The notes: a model not told the origin generated them from the letters alone. Positions 25,308 through 34,187 are shown, counted from the stretch's first letter. The stretch is 37,180 nucleotides of DNA from a virus (IMGVR_UViG_3300031920_000103:74694-111873), one strand, 5' to 3'. Numbers and translations are program-made.

Positions 25308-25337
25308 ATACTTGATCGAGAGTTGTGCTTTTGCCAG

Positions 25338-27887
25338 CTACCTGACTAGCGCAAGTTTTGGTTTCGACTTGCCAAAGATGCGAACACCAACGCCATCCGA
25401 TCGACGCGAGTTGCGCCTAGCTCCCTCACGCGCCAACCACAACGACATAAGACGATCGCCCGTGTGCGCGTCGGGTTGATAGTAGAGCATTTCGGTGATC
25501 AGCTTTTCGACTTCCGGATCTAGCTTGCCGCCCTCGTTGGGTAGCACCCATTTGTCGTTTGCGAACTCGGCAGCAAGCGACTCGACCCCGAACTCAGGGT
25601 GTAGCTTGTTGCGCCCGGTTGTGAACGGTTGCACGGGTACTGCGCTTGTGTCGCGAGTAAACTGCAAAATGAAATCTTGCGCTGCGTTGTTCTCGACCGT
25701 GACGATCGAGTTGTACCGCTCGTGCGTGTCTATGATGCGATCGACGATCTCGGGTCCAGACCAACGCCCGGCCTCTACGCAAAGCAGCCGCCGATCTTGG
25801 TTGGGCATAACCATGATAGTCGAGATCGCCGTGTAGTCAGCGGCAGCGTGCTTTTGCACCGCCATGTCGACCCCAGAAAAACACGCATACCCGGAGTCGC
25901 CGCCAAGCCTTGTCACCGACGCGTGATACGCCGCCATCTCTTCGGCTACGATGTCCTCGGTCAGTCGGTGGATAACCGGCCACGAGTCGCCGGCCGATAG
26001 CGCCTTGTCGATGTACTCACGTTTAAATCGTGCGTCGCTCTCGTCGCGTGCCTCGCACATCATTGTGCGCGCGAATTCCAAAGGCCCACGCTCGATCCGC
26101 TCTTGCGCGATACGGGCCAGCGGCCAACGGTCTAGCCACGTCGATTCGCCCTCTACGTTTAGCACCGGGAATCTGTGCGACTGGTAAAGCGCGTTTGCCT
26201 CAAGTCGATGGTACAGATCTTCGGGGTGCCACGGTGTGCCGATCGCAATGACTGTCGCGTCTTTTGTGAGTCGAGATGCAACGGTCGACCGGTACCAATC
26301 GAAAAGGTCTTGCCGTGCGCGCGGCGTTTGGCAGTTTTCAAAATCGAGAACATCGTCGAGGATCAGGTGATCGATACGGGCACCAACGACCGCGCCGTGC
26401 ACGCCGAACGCCTGCAAGCTCGGATCTTTCGACACGTTTGTGCGCTCGATCGAGATAGCGTTTGCGCGCCATAGTTCGCCCGGCTTTAGGTGCGGGAACA
26501 CAAGCCGCAACTCTTTAGATTCTGCGATGTACTTACCCACCGCGAGGATGATTTTAGACGCCTGCTCGCGGGTGTTTGATATGACCGCGATCCGCATCTT
26601 CGGGTTTCGCCCGAGCAACCAAAGCGTGCGGCCTATGCAGATCTGCGAGGTGTTGTGCGTGACCGTGAAATCGTCCAATAAGAAACGCCCGTCCCCGTCT
26701 AGCGTGAATCCCGCGTACTTGCCCCGCCCAACAGGCTCAACCTTGAATCCCGTACGCAAAGGGTTTTTACCGGTGCCCGATTTCTCGGTGGTTGGGCACT
26801 TCCGCGCAATACGGATTGGTATGCGGGAGAAGTCCCCCTGCATTCGCACACGCCAGTAGATGCCATAACCCGCAACAGTGCGCGGTTTGATCGACGTAGA
26901 CAGACCGAGAGAACGCGCTATGCGTACAATCGCACGTGCCCAATCCTCGCGTTTCTGCGTGATCTCTGCGCCGCTATTTCCCGCCTCGCCGTCTGTGTCT
27001 ATGTAGCCGGCGAGGAAATTTGCGCGTGTGTCCCACGGTGCTGTTAGCAGAGCTTGCGGAATCGCAATATCATGCCCAACAAGATCGCGCATAGCGTCTA
27101 GCAAAGGGTTGTTTCTACCGGGTGCACTCGACGAAATGCGGTACGTCGGGCACTTGTCGGGATTGGTGCTCGTCGTAAATTCCAGCCCCCAAGAGATAGC
27201 GGTAGCGCGAACGCAATCCGCTATCTCTGCGTCTGGCTTAGACACTGCGACCCCGCGTAGTTTGTCGTTCTCCACGCGCTTAGTGCCATCGCCGAACCAA
27301 ACGCCTAGGAAGTACGGGTCGACGCTTAGCGTAGCCTCGCCGTCAAAGCACTCTACGTGGGATCGGAAAAGCTTGTATAGATGCTTCCAGTATCCGGATT
27401 TTTTTAGGTACTCATCGAGCGGGATATCTATGATCTCACCCGTAGTTGTGTGCACCAGCGTGAGCACGTGCACAGAGTTACACTCCCACGCGTCCCCCTT
27501 GTTCGGCACGATCCGAAACATCTCGTCTGTGCCGCTTGTCGTGCTTAGAACTGTGCGTGGCCCACCCGGCCCCATAACGCGATCACCAGCGCTCACGTCT
27601 TTGGCTAATATGGTCGATCCGTTTGCACGCAAGATCGCGGTGTCTGGTGCTAGGCATTTCCCGGCCTCGGTGTGCGACCACAACACGAGACGCTTGCTAC
27701 CCTCGCACAGTTGGTGCCAGCGTTCGTGGATCGGTGCCTGCTCGATCGGCTTGCCGGTTTCCTCGTCTTTCAGCACGAGTTCGCAGAACTCGTTTACGTC
27801 CTCGCGTGCGATACGAGCGCGCATTGCTAGGTGCGTTTTCGATCGCTCTAGGATCTCCGCTAGAACCTCGTGCTCGGACTGAGACAT
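25338..27887 (-). CDS. terL: Terminase large subunit, intein-containing (849 aa precursor, ~514 aa spliced)
   Basis: Spliced Walker A HTEAGK/T; Walker B LILDDV; IGTPWHPEDLY; nuclease motifs GVDMA, ENNAAQ and GDRLMS. Confidence 0.93.
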   Translation of the reverse strand: MSQSEHEVLAEILERSKTHLAMRARIAREDVNEFCELVLKDEETGKPIEQAPIHERWHQLCEGSKRLVLWSHTEAGKCLAPDTAILRANGSTILAKDVSAGDRVMGPGGPRTVLSTTSGTDEMFRIVPNKGDAWECNSVHVLTLVHTTTGEIIDIPLDEYLKKSGYWKHLYKLFRSHVECFDGEATLSVDPYFLGVWFGDGTKRVENDKLRGVAVSKPDAEIADCVRATAISWGLEFTTSTNPDKCPTYRISSSAPGRNNPLLDAMRDLVGHDIAIPQALLTAPWDTRANFLAGYIDTDGEAGNSGAEITQKREDWARAIVRIARSLGLSTSIKPRTVAGYGIYWRVRMQGDFSRIPIRIARKCPTTEKSGTGKNPLRTGFKVEPVGRGKYAGFTLDGDGRFLLDDFTVTHNTSQICIGRTLWLLGRNPKMRIAVISNTREQASKIILAVGKYIAESKELRLVFPHLKPGELWRANAISIERTNVSKDPSLQAFGVHGAVVGARIDHLILDDVLDFENCQTPRARQDLFDWYRSTVASRLTKDATVIAIGTPWHPEDLYHRLEANALYQSHRFPVLNVEGESTWLDRWPLARIAQERIERGPLEFARTMMCEARDESDARFKREYIDKALSAGDSWPVIHRLTEDIVAEEMAAYHASVTRLGGDSGYACFSGVDMAVQKHAAADYTAISTIMVMPNQDRRLLCVEAGRWSGPEIVDRIIDTHERYNSIVTVENNAAQDFILQFTRDTSAVPVQPFTTGRNKLHPEFGVESLAAEFANDKWVLPNEGGKLDPEVEKLITEMLYYQPDAHTGDRLMSLWLAREGARRNSRRSDGVGVRIFGKSKPKLALVR
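26652..27656 (-). mobile_element. Intein (335 aa) with LAGLIDADG endonuclease, inserted in the terminase Walker A motif
   Basis: Begins CLAPDT, has block B CNSVHVL, LAGLIDADG blocks YFLGVWFGDG and FLAGYIDTDG, and ends FTVTHN followed by Thr. Confidence 0.95.
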
Positions 27888-27892
27888 CTTTG

Positions 27893-28309
27893 CTAGGTTA
27901 GCCGCTTTGTGCTGACTTGTCCAGATGCGCTAAAGTAGTCGCGCTGTGCCGGTGCTGTGCCGAACACTTTGACGTATTCGGTGTAGCTCTTGATCTCGAT
28001 AATGTCGTTAGGCTTGTGCAGCCTGCACAGCGACTCGGTGTGCCTGAGAGTGCCCACGACCTCTTCCCACAAATTTGGGTGCGATACCCGCACAAACTCA
28101 AGCACGCGATCCCAGCCGTCTGCGTCGGTAACGTTTCGTTTCTCTTCGCGCAGAATACCAAGCTCGCGCAGTTTGCTAATCGCTACACCAAATTGGGAGT
28201 TGTAGAAAAGCACCGTGTGGTCGACGCCGGCTTTTTCGCAAAGCTCTTCCAACGTCAGCCAACCCTTTGGCGATTCCGCGCGCATCCTATCCGTAAAATC
28301 CCCACGCAT
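27893..28309 (-). CDS. HTH-like hypothetical protein directly upstream of terL (small terminase candidate by position only)
   Basis: WLTLEELCEKAGVD helix-turn-helix-like start. Confidence 0.5.
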   Translation of the reverse strand: MRGDFTDRMRAESPKGWLTLEELCEKAGVDHTVLFYNSQFGVAISKLRELGILREEKRNVTDADGWDRVLEFVRVSHPNLWEEVVGTLRHTESLCRLHKPNDIIEIKSYTEYVKVFGTAPAQRDYFSASGQVSTKRLT

Positions 28310-28321
28310 AGCGGGCGATTT

Positions 28322-28882
28322 CTACCACTCGTAGCAAAATTTGTCACGCAAGAATTTTGATTCCGCGTCGCTAAGCACGATCCGATTTTCGGGGCAGCGG
28401 TGTTGGTTCATGATCCCGATCGATCGTTTGCTCGACGCGTCTTCTAGCCCGAGCGCGTGCCCTAGCTCGTGCGCCACGATGCAAACTTGTGTGTGGATAT
28501 TGCCGGGCTGCTCTACATGCAACTCCCAACGGTACCCGCGAAAATTTGGGGCGTCAGGGCTGCACGCGTACGCCATCGCGCTGTGCCCTGACTCGATGTT
28601 TTCGTGGAACGCAAGCCCGCACGGTTCGCCATCGGTCGACATAACCATAGCCGACTCGCCTTGAATCAAAAACTCGCAACCGACAAAACCGTTTATGAGA
28701 TCCATCGCTGCGCGTGTCGGTTCGCTGTAGTCGCCATCAGACGCGACGCCAAAAGTTGCGCGCGCCTCCGGTAGTTTCATGCACGCTGACCTGAAAACCA
28801 ATCCGCCCATAACGAGCACACCAACGATCGTCAGCACGATGTACGCGTAGTACCGAAATTTTCTGAATCGCTTACCCATCAT
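28322..28882 (-). CDS. Membrane-anchored or secreted metzincin (matrixin-like) metalloprotease
   Basis: N-terminal basic residues plus a TM helix; HELGHALGLED zinc motif and GIM Met-turn. Confidence 0.8.
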   Translation of the reverse strand: MMGKRFRKFRYYAYIVLTIVGVLVMGGLVFRSACMKLPEARATFGVASDGDYSEPTRAAMDLINGFVGCEFLIQGESAMVMSTDGEPCGLAFHENIESGHSAMAYACSPDAPNFRGYRWELHVEQPGNIHTQVCIVAHELGHALGLEDASSKRSIGIMNQHRCPENRIVLSDAESKFLRDKFCYEW

Positions 28883-29133
28883 ACTAGCTTCCGCATTCCG
28901 CTAAGTTTTTGCAAGCACGGTGTGCAAAACGCAATCGGTAGATCGAACGTTATCGGGCGTAGATCGACAGAGCTAAGCCCGCAAAGCGTGCGGTTAGGCC
29001 CGCCCGAGTAGTGCCGTAAAATCTTGTGAAAAAGGTTCTCCTCATTCTTACCGACGATTTTCGTCAATGTATCGATCGATGGAATGCCCGGATCGAAACC
29101 GAGCATCAGCATACTCTCAAGCCGTCTGTGCAT
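28879..29133 (-). CDS. H-C-CxxC zinc-finger protein
   Basis: FH...TLCG...CTPC. Confidence 0.6.
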   Translation of the reverse strand: MHRRLESMLMLGFDPGIPSIDTLTKIVGKNEENLFHKILRHYSGGPNRTLCGLSSVDLRPITFDLPIAFCTPCLQKLSGMRKLV

Positions 29134-29392
29134 GGGCCTCGCCCGCCGTCACCGCGCGCACTACAATCGCGGCGCAGTCCTCACAAACTCGATACCGTGG
29201 CAACGACTCGCCCCACGAAAACGGCAACGCGTCGCGGTGCCAGTCATTGCGGCATAAACTAAGCCTTGCCCCGGCTTGGAACGCGTGCACGATCTTAGGG
29301 TGGTGTTTTACGCGCGTGCTCTTGAGCCAATCGATCCGTTTTACGTTTCCGCCCATACGGTACAACGAGTCTATGTAGACCGCCGCGCTCAT
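29117..29392 (-). CDS. H-C-CxxC zinc-finger protein
   Basis: VH...SLC...CEDC; ATGA-coupled start at 29392. Confidence 0.6.
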   Translation of the reverse strand: MSAAVYIDSLYRMGGNVKRIDWLKSTRVKHHPKIVHAFQAGARLSLCRNDWHRDALPFSWGESLPRYRVCEDCAAIVVRAVTAGEAHAQTA

Positions 29393-29685
29393 CTTCCGCC
29401 CGGCAGGAACGTAACGATGTCCCCGATCTCGAAATCGAAAACACACTTGCGCCACTTGTTGCCGATTTGCACTAGGTAGATCTTTCGGTTGCCGTTGTTG
29501 GTGTCTTTGATGCTCATCGCCTTACCCTCGCGTACTTGCTTTAGCGCTCCGCGTCGTTGCTCGGGTGTGATCGCGCCTTCGTCGAATCGTTCCGCGTAGC
29601 GTTGGTTTGAGTGTCGCTTGGCTTTCAATTTTCCCTTTTTCCTTTTGCGTCGCCGCGCGTCCGCTGCGGGATTAACGACAGCCAT
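29389..29685 (-). CDS. Small basic protein, possible BECR/RelE-BrnT-like RNase fold
   Basis: H...RYAER near the N-terminus and a C-terminal VFD....IVTFLP strand. Confidence 0.55.
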   Translation of the reverse strand: MAVVNPAADARRRKRKKGKLKAKRHSNQRYAERFDEGAITPEQRRGALKQVREGKAMSIKDTNNGNRKIYLVQIGNKWRKCVFDFEIGDIVTFLPGGR

Positions 29686-29776
29686 AGTACAGCGCCCCAA
29701 CGCTTGCGCCCACTATCGAAATAATCGTTGCCAACCGTATAAGAGAAATTTGCATGTCGGATAAATTGTGCACGAG

Positions 29777-30634
29777 TTAGCCCACGTCCAGTCGCCGAAC
29801 TGAATTCGCAAATTTCAAATCTTCCGCAAGCGCCAAAAGAGGCGAGTACAAAGTACCGACGTTGGGAAAGATTTTGCCTAGCCGTTGTATCTCCTCGCGA
29901 CCGCCACCGGGGCACAGAATTCTACCTAGTGCCAAAACGTTAGCACGTAGCTCAACAAGCATAGGAACCTCCCCCCACCGGTTTGCGATGGGCATGTCTG
30001 GTACGCCGTTCATGTTGTCGCAAACCCTTGCGGCGATCACGGCGTCTAGGCGGCAACAATGGCAAGGCTTGATCGCTGTGGTCATTAGGCTAACCGTAGT
30101 CTCTGCGCGACGCGTAGGCGCATGGTAGATCCGTAGGTACTGCGGTGCCCGCGCAACTCGCGCTTCCCAAGCCGCTGCGTGGTCGTCGTGTTTTTTATCC
30201 TGTACCCACCAACCGATCAGCATCTCCTCGATCCGGTCAGCGTGCTCGCGCTGCGGTAGGTGATCAGCCCAAACTAGATCCGCGTACCACGACTCGTCGT
30301 AATCCTCGCCGTACATGCCGCAACGCGACGACTCGACCGACACCAAAATGTAGAACACTTGATCCGGTGCTATGCCTCTGCGCATACACCAACCCAAGTC
30401 GTCGTTGTGCCACTCGTTGTTCTCGTCTTCGCTAAAAAAATCCCAACCCTGATCGTCGGTGTACATCTCGATCCAAGAATCTTTTGGCAGGCTAGTTACA
30501 GGCGTGATCGTAGCGTCGCCCTCGTCTAGCTCAAGCACGCAAGGCACAAGCCACGAGGTAGAATCACACGCGACAACCGGGAAGCCCTCACGCGCGAGCA
30601 CACTGCACAAAGCTCGGTCGTACCAGTCAGGCAA
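29777..30634 (-). CDS. Hypothetical protein (Trp- and acid-rich)
   Basis: 285 aa ORF overlapping the upstream gene end; no recognisable family. Confidence 0.65.
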   Translation of the reverse strand: MPDWYDRALCSVLAREGFPVVACDSTSWLVPCVLELDEGDATITPVTSLPKDSWIEMYTDDQGWDFFSEDENNEWHNDDLGWCMRRGIAPDQVFYILVSVESSRCGMYGEDYDESWYADLVWADHLPQREHADRIEEMLIGWWVQDKKHDDHAAAWEARVARAPQYLRIYHAPTRRAETTVSLMTTAIKPCHCCRLDAVIAARVCDNMNGVPDMPIANRWGEVPMLVELRANVLALGRILCPGGGREEIQRLGKIFPNVGTLYSPLLALAEDLKFANSVRRLDVG

Positions 30635-30839
30635 CTAGCGCCTTGACGTAATCGACGATTTCGCCCTCTGTCATGTCGCGCGTCCAACACGATTCGTTTA
30701 TCGCGTAGTACGCAAACGCTGCGCGCGCCTCGTTTATGTTTGACGATTTCGCAACGCACGCCGACCAAAAAATCTCAACGTCGAGCTTGCGCATTTTCAT
30801 GCGTCGCGCCCTAAGAAGTTTTCTTAGTATCCGGATCAC
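30627..30839 (-). CDS. Hypothetical protein
   Basis: GTG 30839 overlaps the upstream stop (GTGA). Confidence 0.6.
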   Translation of the reverse strand: MIRILRKLLRARRMKMRKLDVEIFWSACVAKSSNINEARAAFAYYAINESCWTRDMTEGEIVDYVKALVA

Positions 30840-31333
30840 TTTTCCCCGTTTGCGCCGGCGGTAAGGGGGCTCGGGTTGCTTCCGCAATTCGGGTGCTGCG
30901 GCGGTGTCGACTGCGGCATGGTGTCGGGCTCGCGCTCTGACAAGCGCAATTGTGCCTCGTACGCCTTGCGGCAATCCTCGGAGCACGTAGCTAGGTGATC
31001 ACTTTGCTCGGTGTACCCGTCGATCCGCAATTTGCTAGACGATCCGGATTCAATACCCCACGCGAAACCTTGCCCCTGCAACAAGCCGCCGCCAAGCGCC
31101 GATCGATCACCTTTTTCGATCATCGCCGCAATGCGCGCGGCCTCTACTTTGCGCGCCTCTTCTGCGGCCTCATTGGCTAGCATTGTTCGATACTCGGATC
31201 GAGTTTCGAGTTTCCAACCTGACGGCAAATCAACGGGCACGAATGCCACCGGGCCAACCTGCTCGACCCAACACGAAATCGGTTTGCGCGAACAAACGTC
31301 ACACTTGACCCGCCCTTTGATTTGCACACCCAT
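30836..31333 (-). CDS. Cys-motif hypothetical protein
   Basis: CDVC and CSEDC motifs; coupled to neighbours. Confidence 0.6.
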   Translation of the reverse strand: MGVQIKGRVKCDVCSRKPISCWVEQVGPVAFVPVDLPSGWKLETRSEYRTMLANEAAEEARKVEAARIAAMIEKGDRSALGGGLLQGQGFAWGIESGSSSKLRIDGYTEQSDHLATCSEDCRKAYEAQLRLSEREPDTMPQSTPPQHPNCGSNPSPLTAGANGEK

Positions 31334-31602
31334 TAGTTTGGCGTTCTGCTACCGCGCACCGGAACCCAAAAGCCCATCTCGCCGGCTTGGTTCTGCGCGC
31401 AATACGCGGCGTAGGCTTGCTGCGCGTCCTCGTGTGCGTGGCGCATGTTGTCTTGTGCGTCTTGCGCGTGGTGCTGTGCACACGACTCGGCTAGGCTCGC
31501 CTCTACGTCTTCCACGTGCATAAGCGGTCGACCGTCGAAACGAAACGCGACCTCGCGCAAAGCCTCCGCAATTCTACCCCGCAACTTTTTTATTCTGCTC
31601 AT
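31333..31602 (-). CDS. Hypothetical protein
   Basis: AGGA RBS region; stop overlaps the next start. Confidence 0.55.
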   Translation of the reverse strand: MSRIKKLRGRIAEALREVAFRFDGRPLMHVEDVEASLAESCAQHHAQDAQDNMRHAHEDAQQAYAAYCAQNQAGEMGFWVPVRGSRTPN

Positions 31603-31780
31603 CCTGTTTTTCTCCTGCCCCTACGATCGACAACTCGACCGGTACAATCAGCTCTGAGAGCGTCGCCTCGTAGTCCAAAACTGCGCGCGCTAGACCTACC
31701 GTTATCGGATCAAATATTTTACATCTCGCGATCACTGTGCGCGCATTGCTAACCGCCGCCGCCCGTTGTTTTTCAGTCAC
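31574..31780 (-). CDS. Hypothetical protein
   Basis: Part of a chain of overlapping minus-strand ORFs. Confidence 0.5.
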   Translation of the reverse strand: MTEKQRAAAVSNARTVIARCKIFDPITVGLARAVLDYEATLSELIVPVELSIVGAGEKQDEQNKKVAG

Positions 31781-32082
31781 TATTGGCCCCCACCTAAGCG
31801 CTTGATCGACTCGCGCATCTTGTGGTAGTCGATCACACTTTGCACGGTTGCGTCTAGGGAATGAATCCTGACGCGCGGCGTTTTGCGGATCCCGTCGTTG
31901 CGGTACCTAGACCACTCAACGCAAGGAATATTTCGCAGCACGTAAAAAACGCGGGCGGAACTTAACCGCCAACCCTGATCCCTCGCGCACTTGGCGGCAC
32001 GCTCTGCGACCAAGTAAGGATCGAAAAACTCCGGTGCCCACTCGTGCCCGCAGTCGGTGCAATGCGTGGTGCCGCTAACCAA
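31780..32082 (-). CDS. Hypothetical protein with CxxC
   Basis: CTDCG; GAGG upstream; coupled. Confidence 0.5.
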   Translation of the reverse strand: MVSGTTHCTDCGHEWAPEFFDPYLVAERAAKCARDQGWRLSSARVFYVLRNIPCVEWSRYRNDGIRKTPRVRIHSLDATVQSVIDYHKMRESIKRLGGGQ

Positions 32083-32425
32083 GCCGCCTCGCCGCCGCTA
32101 TGTCTAGCCGGTGCATTGCGATCGTTACGCACGCTTTGCAAACGCCGTGCACGCCGTACCCCCGATCCGCTGTGTTCTGCTCTCCGTCAAACGGGTTTGT
32201 GCGCAGCCGATGCACGCGAGATTCGCGACCGCAAACCGTTGTGTCCATGCCGGAAAAACGCGCGGCCGGTTTGTGCAAGTGCACTCGGTACCCCTCGCCG
32301 CTTACCCTGCCTAGCACCGCTTGCCACTTGTTGACAAACTCGCCCAACCGCCAACGCGTCTCGAATTCCTTACGTCGATCTCTGCCGCGTCTGCGACGAC
32401 TTTGCTTTGTCGGCCTAGTCATCAC
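32075..32425 (-). CDS. H-C-CxxC zinc-finger protein with a basic N-terminus
   Basis: VH...TVCG...CKAC. Confidence 0.6.
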   Translation of the reverse strand: MMTRPTKQSRRRRGRDRRKEFETRWRLGEFVNKWQAVLGRVSGEGYRVHLHKPAARFSGMDTTVCGRESRVHRLRTNPFDGEQNTADRGYGVHGVCKACVTIAMHRLDIAAARRLG

Positions 32426-32822
32426 CCTTTTGGTGTGGCGCGGTTTTTCCAGGTTCTCGCGTCTTGTGACAAGCGAGACAACTTGCGCTCAGCCACTTGT
32501 TCTCTCCGGAATTGAAAACTGTATATCGCGCCTCGCCATCGCTCGACGTTTCGCCGCACTCCGCGCACTGGATACCATCCGGCAAAACGAACACGACGCG
32601 CCAAAGTTTATTGTCAGCCGTTGGTGGTTTTGGGATCACGCTTCCCGCGACTAAACCTTTAGACTCGAAACCCCCGAGAACGGTTTTGCCCCACTCGCGG
32701 ATCACGTGCGGCAACGCCGCGAGATTTTGCAGCCGGTGCCGCATAAATCTTTTGTCTTTTTTCTTTTGTGCGAGCACGCCTTTTTTCTTCGCGCGCAACA
32801 TTTTTCTTGCCGGGTTCGTCAT
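32415..32822 (-). CDS. Basic C4 zinc-finger hypothetical protein
   Basis: CAEC and CLAC; ATG at 32822. Confidence 0.6.
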   Translation of the reverse strand: MTNPARKMLRAKKKGVLAQKKKDKRFMRHRLQNLAALPHVIREWGKTVLGGFESKGLVAGSVIPKPPTADNKLWRVVFVLPDGIQCAECGETSSDGEARYTVFNSGENKWLSASCLACHKTREPGKTAPHQKGDD

Positions 32823-32901
32823 AGGTTTACTCTCTTGGTTTGAGGTGCGTAGCACCGAAAAACAACGCGATTTTTTCTCTCACTTTGGCGTACATGTACG
32901 A

Positions 32902-33096
32902 TCATTTTGCGAGCCACGGGGCATAGTCACGCATCGTTATCGCTACGGCGTCTGTCAAGTCGACGCGGGACACCAACACGCCGACAACGCGCACCCCTTG
33001 CGGTGCGCGCGCCTCTGCCTCGCCCCAGTTGTCGGCCTCAATATCGTAGCCAGCCCAAATAGACCCGTCTCGTGTGTAGTCGGTTAGGAAAATCAT
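32902..33096 (-). CDS. Small hypothetical phage protein
   Basis: IEADNWGEAEARA..V.V.G.L pattern; ATGA-coupled. Confidence 0.6.
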   Translation of the reverse strand: MIFLTDYTRDGSIWAGYDIEADNWGEAEARAPQGVRVVGVLVSRVDLTDAVAITMRDYAPWLAK

Positions 33097-33464
33097 CGCG
33101 CCGTCACGTCAAAGCGATAGCTCTGCCCTAGTTCTAGCTCTTCGGTAGTCACGAGGTGCAAACGATCGTTCGCATCCGCCGCCCAAATCTGAAACGAAGT
33201 AGCGCGCAACGCCTCAACGTAGACCACGGCGGGGATCATGCGTTTGTCGAGGCGCAAGCTCGGGCCGTCGCAAGTAGCGGCCGGCATTTTGTCGGAGATT
33301 CGCAGCGCCATAGAAAATGTAATTTCGCCCTGCACGTAATCGGATTGATACCGCGCCGTAAACGATTCCGCCGACGCTGACAACCGCCTGACCGAATCGC
33401 TAAAAGCCCGCTCTTCCGCGCCGTCGCCTAGCGCCTGCATTACCTGTTTGAAAGTGTCGCTCAT
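33093..33464 (-). CDS. Hypothetical protein
   Basis: 123 aa ORF coupled to the downstream gene. Confidence 0.6.
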   Translation of the reverse strand: MSDTFKQVMQALGDGAEERAFSDSVRRLSASAESFTARYQSDYVQGEITFSMALRISDKMPAATCDGPSLRLDKRMIPAVVYVEALRATSFQIWAADANDRLHLVTTEELELGQSYRFDVTAR

Positions 33465-33505
33465 GCCCTACATCTCAACTTGCCCGCGAGTTGTCTTTTA
33501 CTGCG

Positions 33506-33549
33506 ACCGAACGCGCGCACTCGCAACTCGTACCGAACGCGCGCACTCG
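33506..33549. repeat. 18-bp direct repeat x2
   Basis: ACCGAACGCGCGCACTCG at 33506-33523 and 33532-33549. Confidence 0.85.
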
Positions 33550-33746
33550 TCGCTAGATCTGCGCCGTGCCGGTAGATCACTTGCTGCGGCTCTCGCCGAT
33601 CGTGCCAACTCGCCAACAATCACGTTGTCGCCGTAGGCGGGCAATCGTCAGAGCATGTCGCGTCGTGTGGATTGACCGGCGAAAGTTTCCACCCCGTCGA
33701 CCCGTCGATCTGGTAGCCGATCAGCACGGTCTTTTCCTGCAACCGA

Positions 33747-34187
33747 CTAGCCCACCGGCCCGCGCAAATCAAGACCCGCACGTTTGAGCAACTCGATAGC
33801 TAGATCGGTGTTGCGACTGTCGTAATACGCCGCGTACGTCACAACGGATATTCCGGCAGACACGATCCGCTTAGCACACTCGTAGCACGGCGTGACCGTC
33901 ACGAAAAGCTGCGCGCCATTCATAGCCGCCCACGGCGCACGATCGATAGCGTTGCTCTCCGCGTGTAGCGAACGCACGCAAGAATCCTTGCCGCCTACGT
34001 TGACCATCTCGCAGCCTACGTCAGCGCAGTGCGGCGTGTGTCTAGCCGCACCGTTGTACCCTGTGCTCACTATGCGATCGAACGCGTCAACGATCACCGC
34101 ACCAACGCCCAATCGCGGGCAAGTTGCACGTGCCGAAACTGCGCGTGCTATGTCTAGATAGTATTCTGTTTTGGTTGGTCTTGTCAT
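33747..34187 (-). CDS. dCMP deaminase (ComEB-like)
   Basis: RATC.R..VGAVIV...IVSTGYNG, HAESNAI and PCYEC motifs; ATG 34187 coupled to the upstream stop. Confidence 0.93.
   Translation of the reverse strand: MTRPTKTEYYLDIARAVSARATCPRLGVGAVIVDAFDRIVSTGYNGAARHTPHCADVGCEMVNVGGKDSCVRSLHAESNAIDRAPWAAMNGAQLFVTVTPCYECAKRIVSAGISVVTYAAYYDSRNTDLAIELLKRAGLDLRGPVG

Noticed and set aside
1376-28360. Many long plus-strand ORFs (e.g. 1376-2065, 2597-3367, 6840-7592, 9346-10035, 13650-14210, 27028-27882)
   Set aside because: They are antisense shadows of well-supported minus-strand genes, with Ser/Pro/Thr-rich unnatural composition and no motifs.
32075-34187. Shared MTRPTK N-terminus of dCMP deaminase and the 116-aa zinc-finger protein
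   Set aside because: The DNA differs, MxRP is a normal dCMP deaminase start, and similarity does not extend further; probably coincidence.
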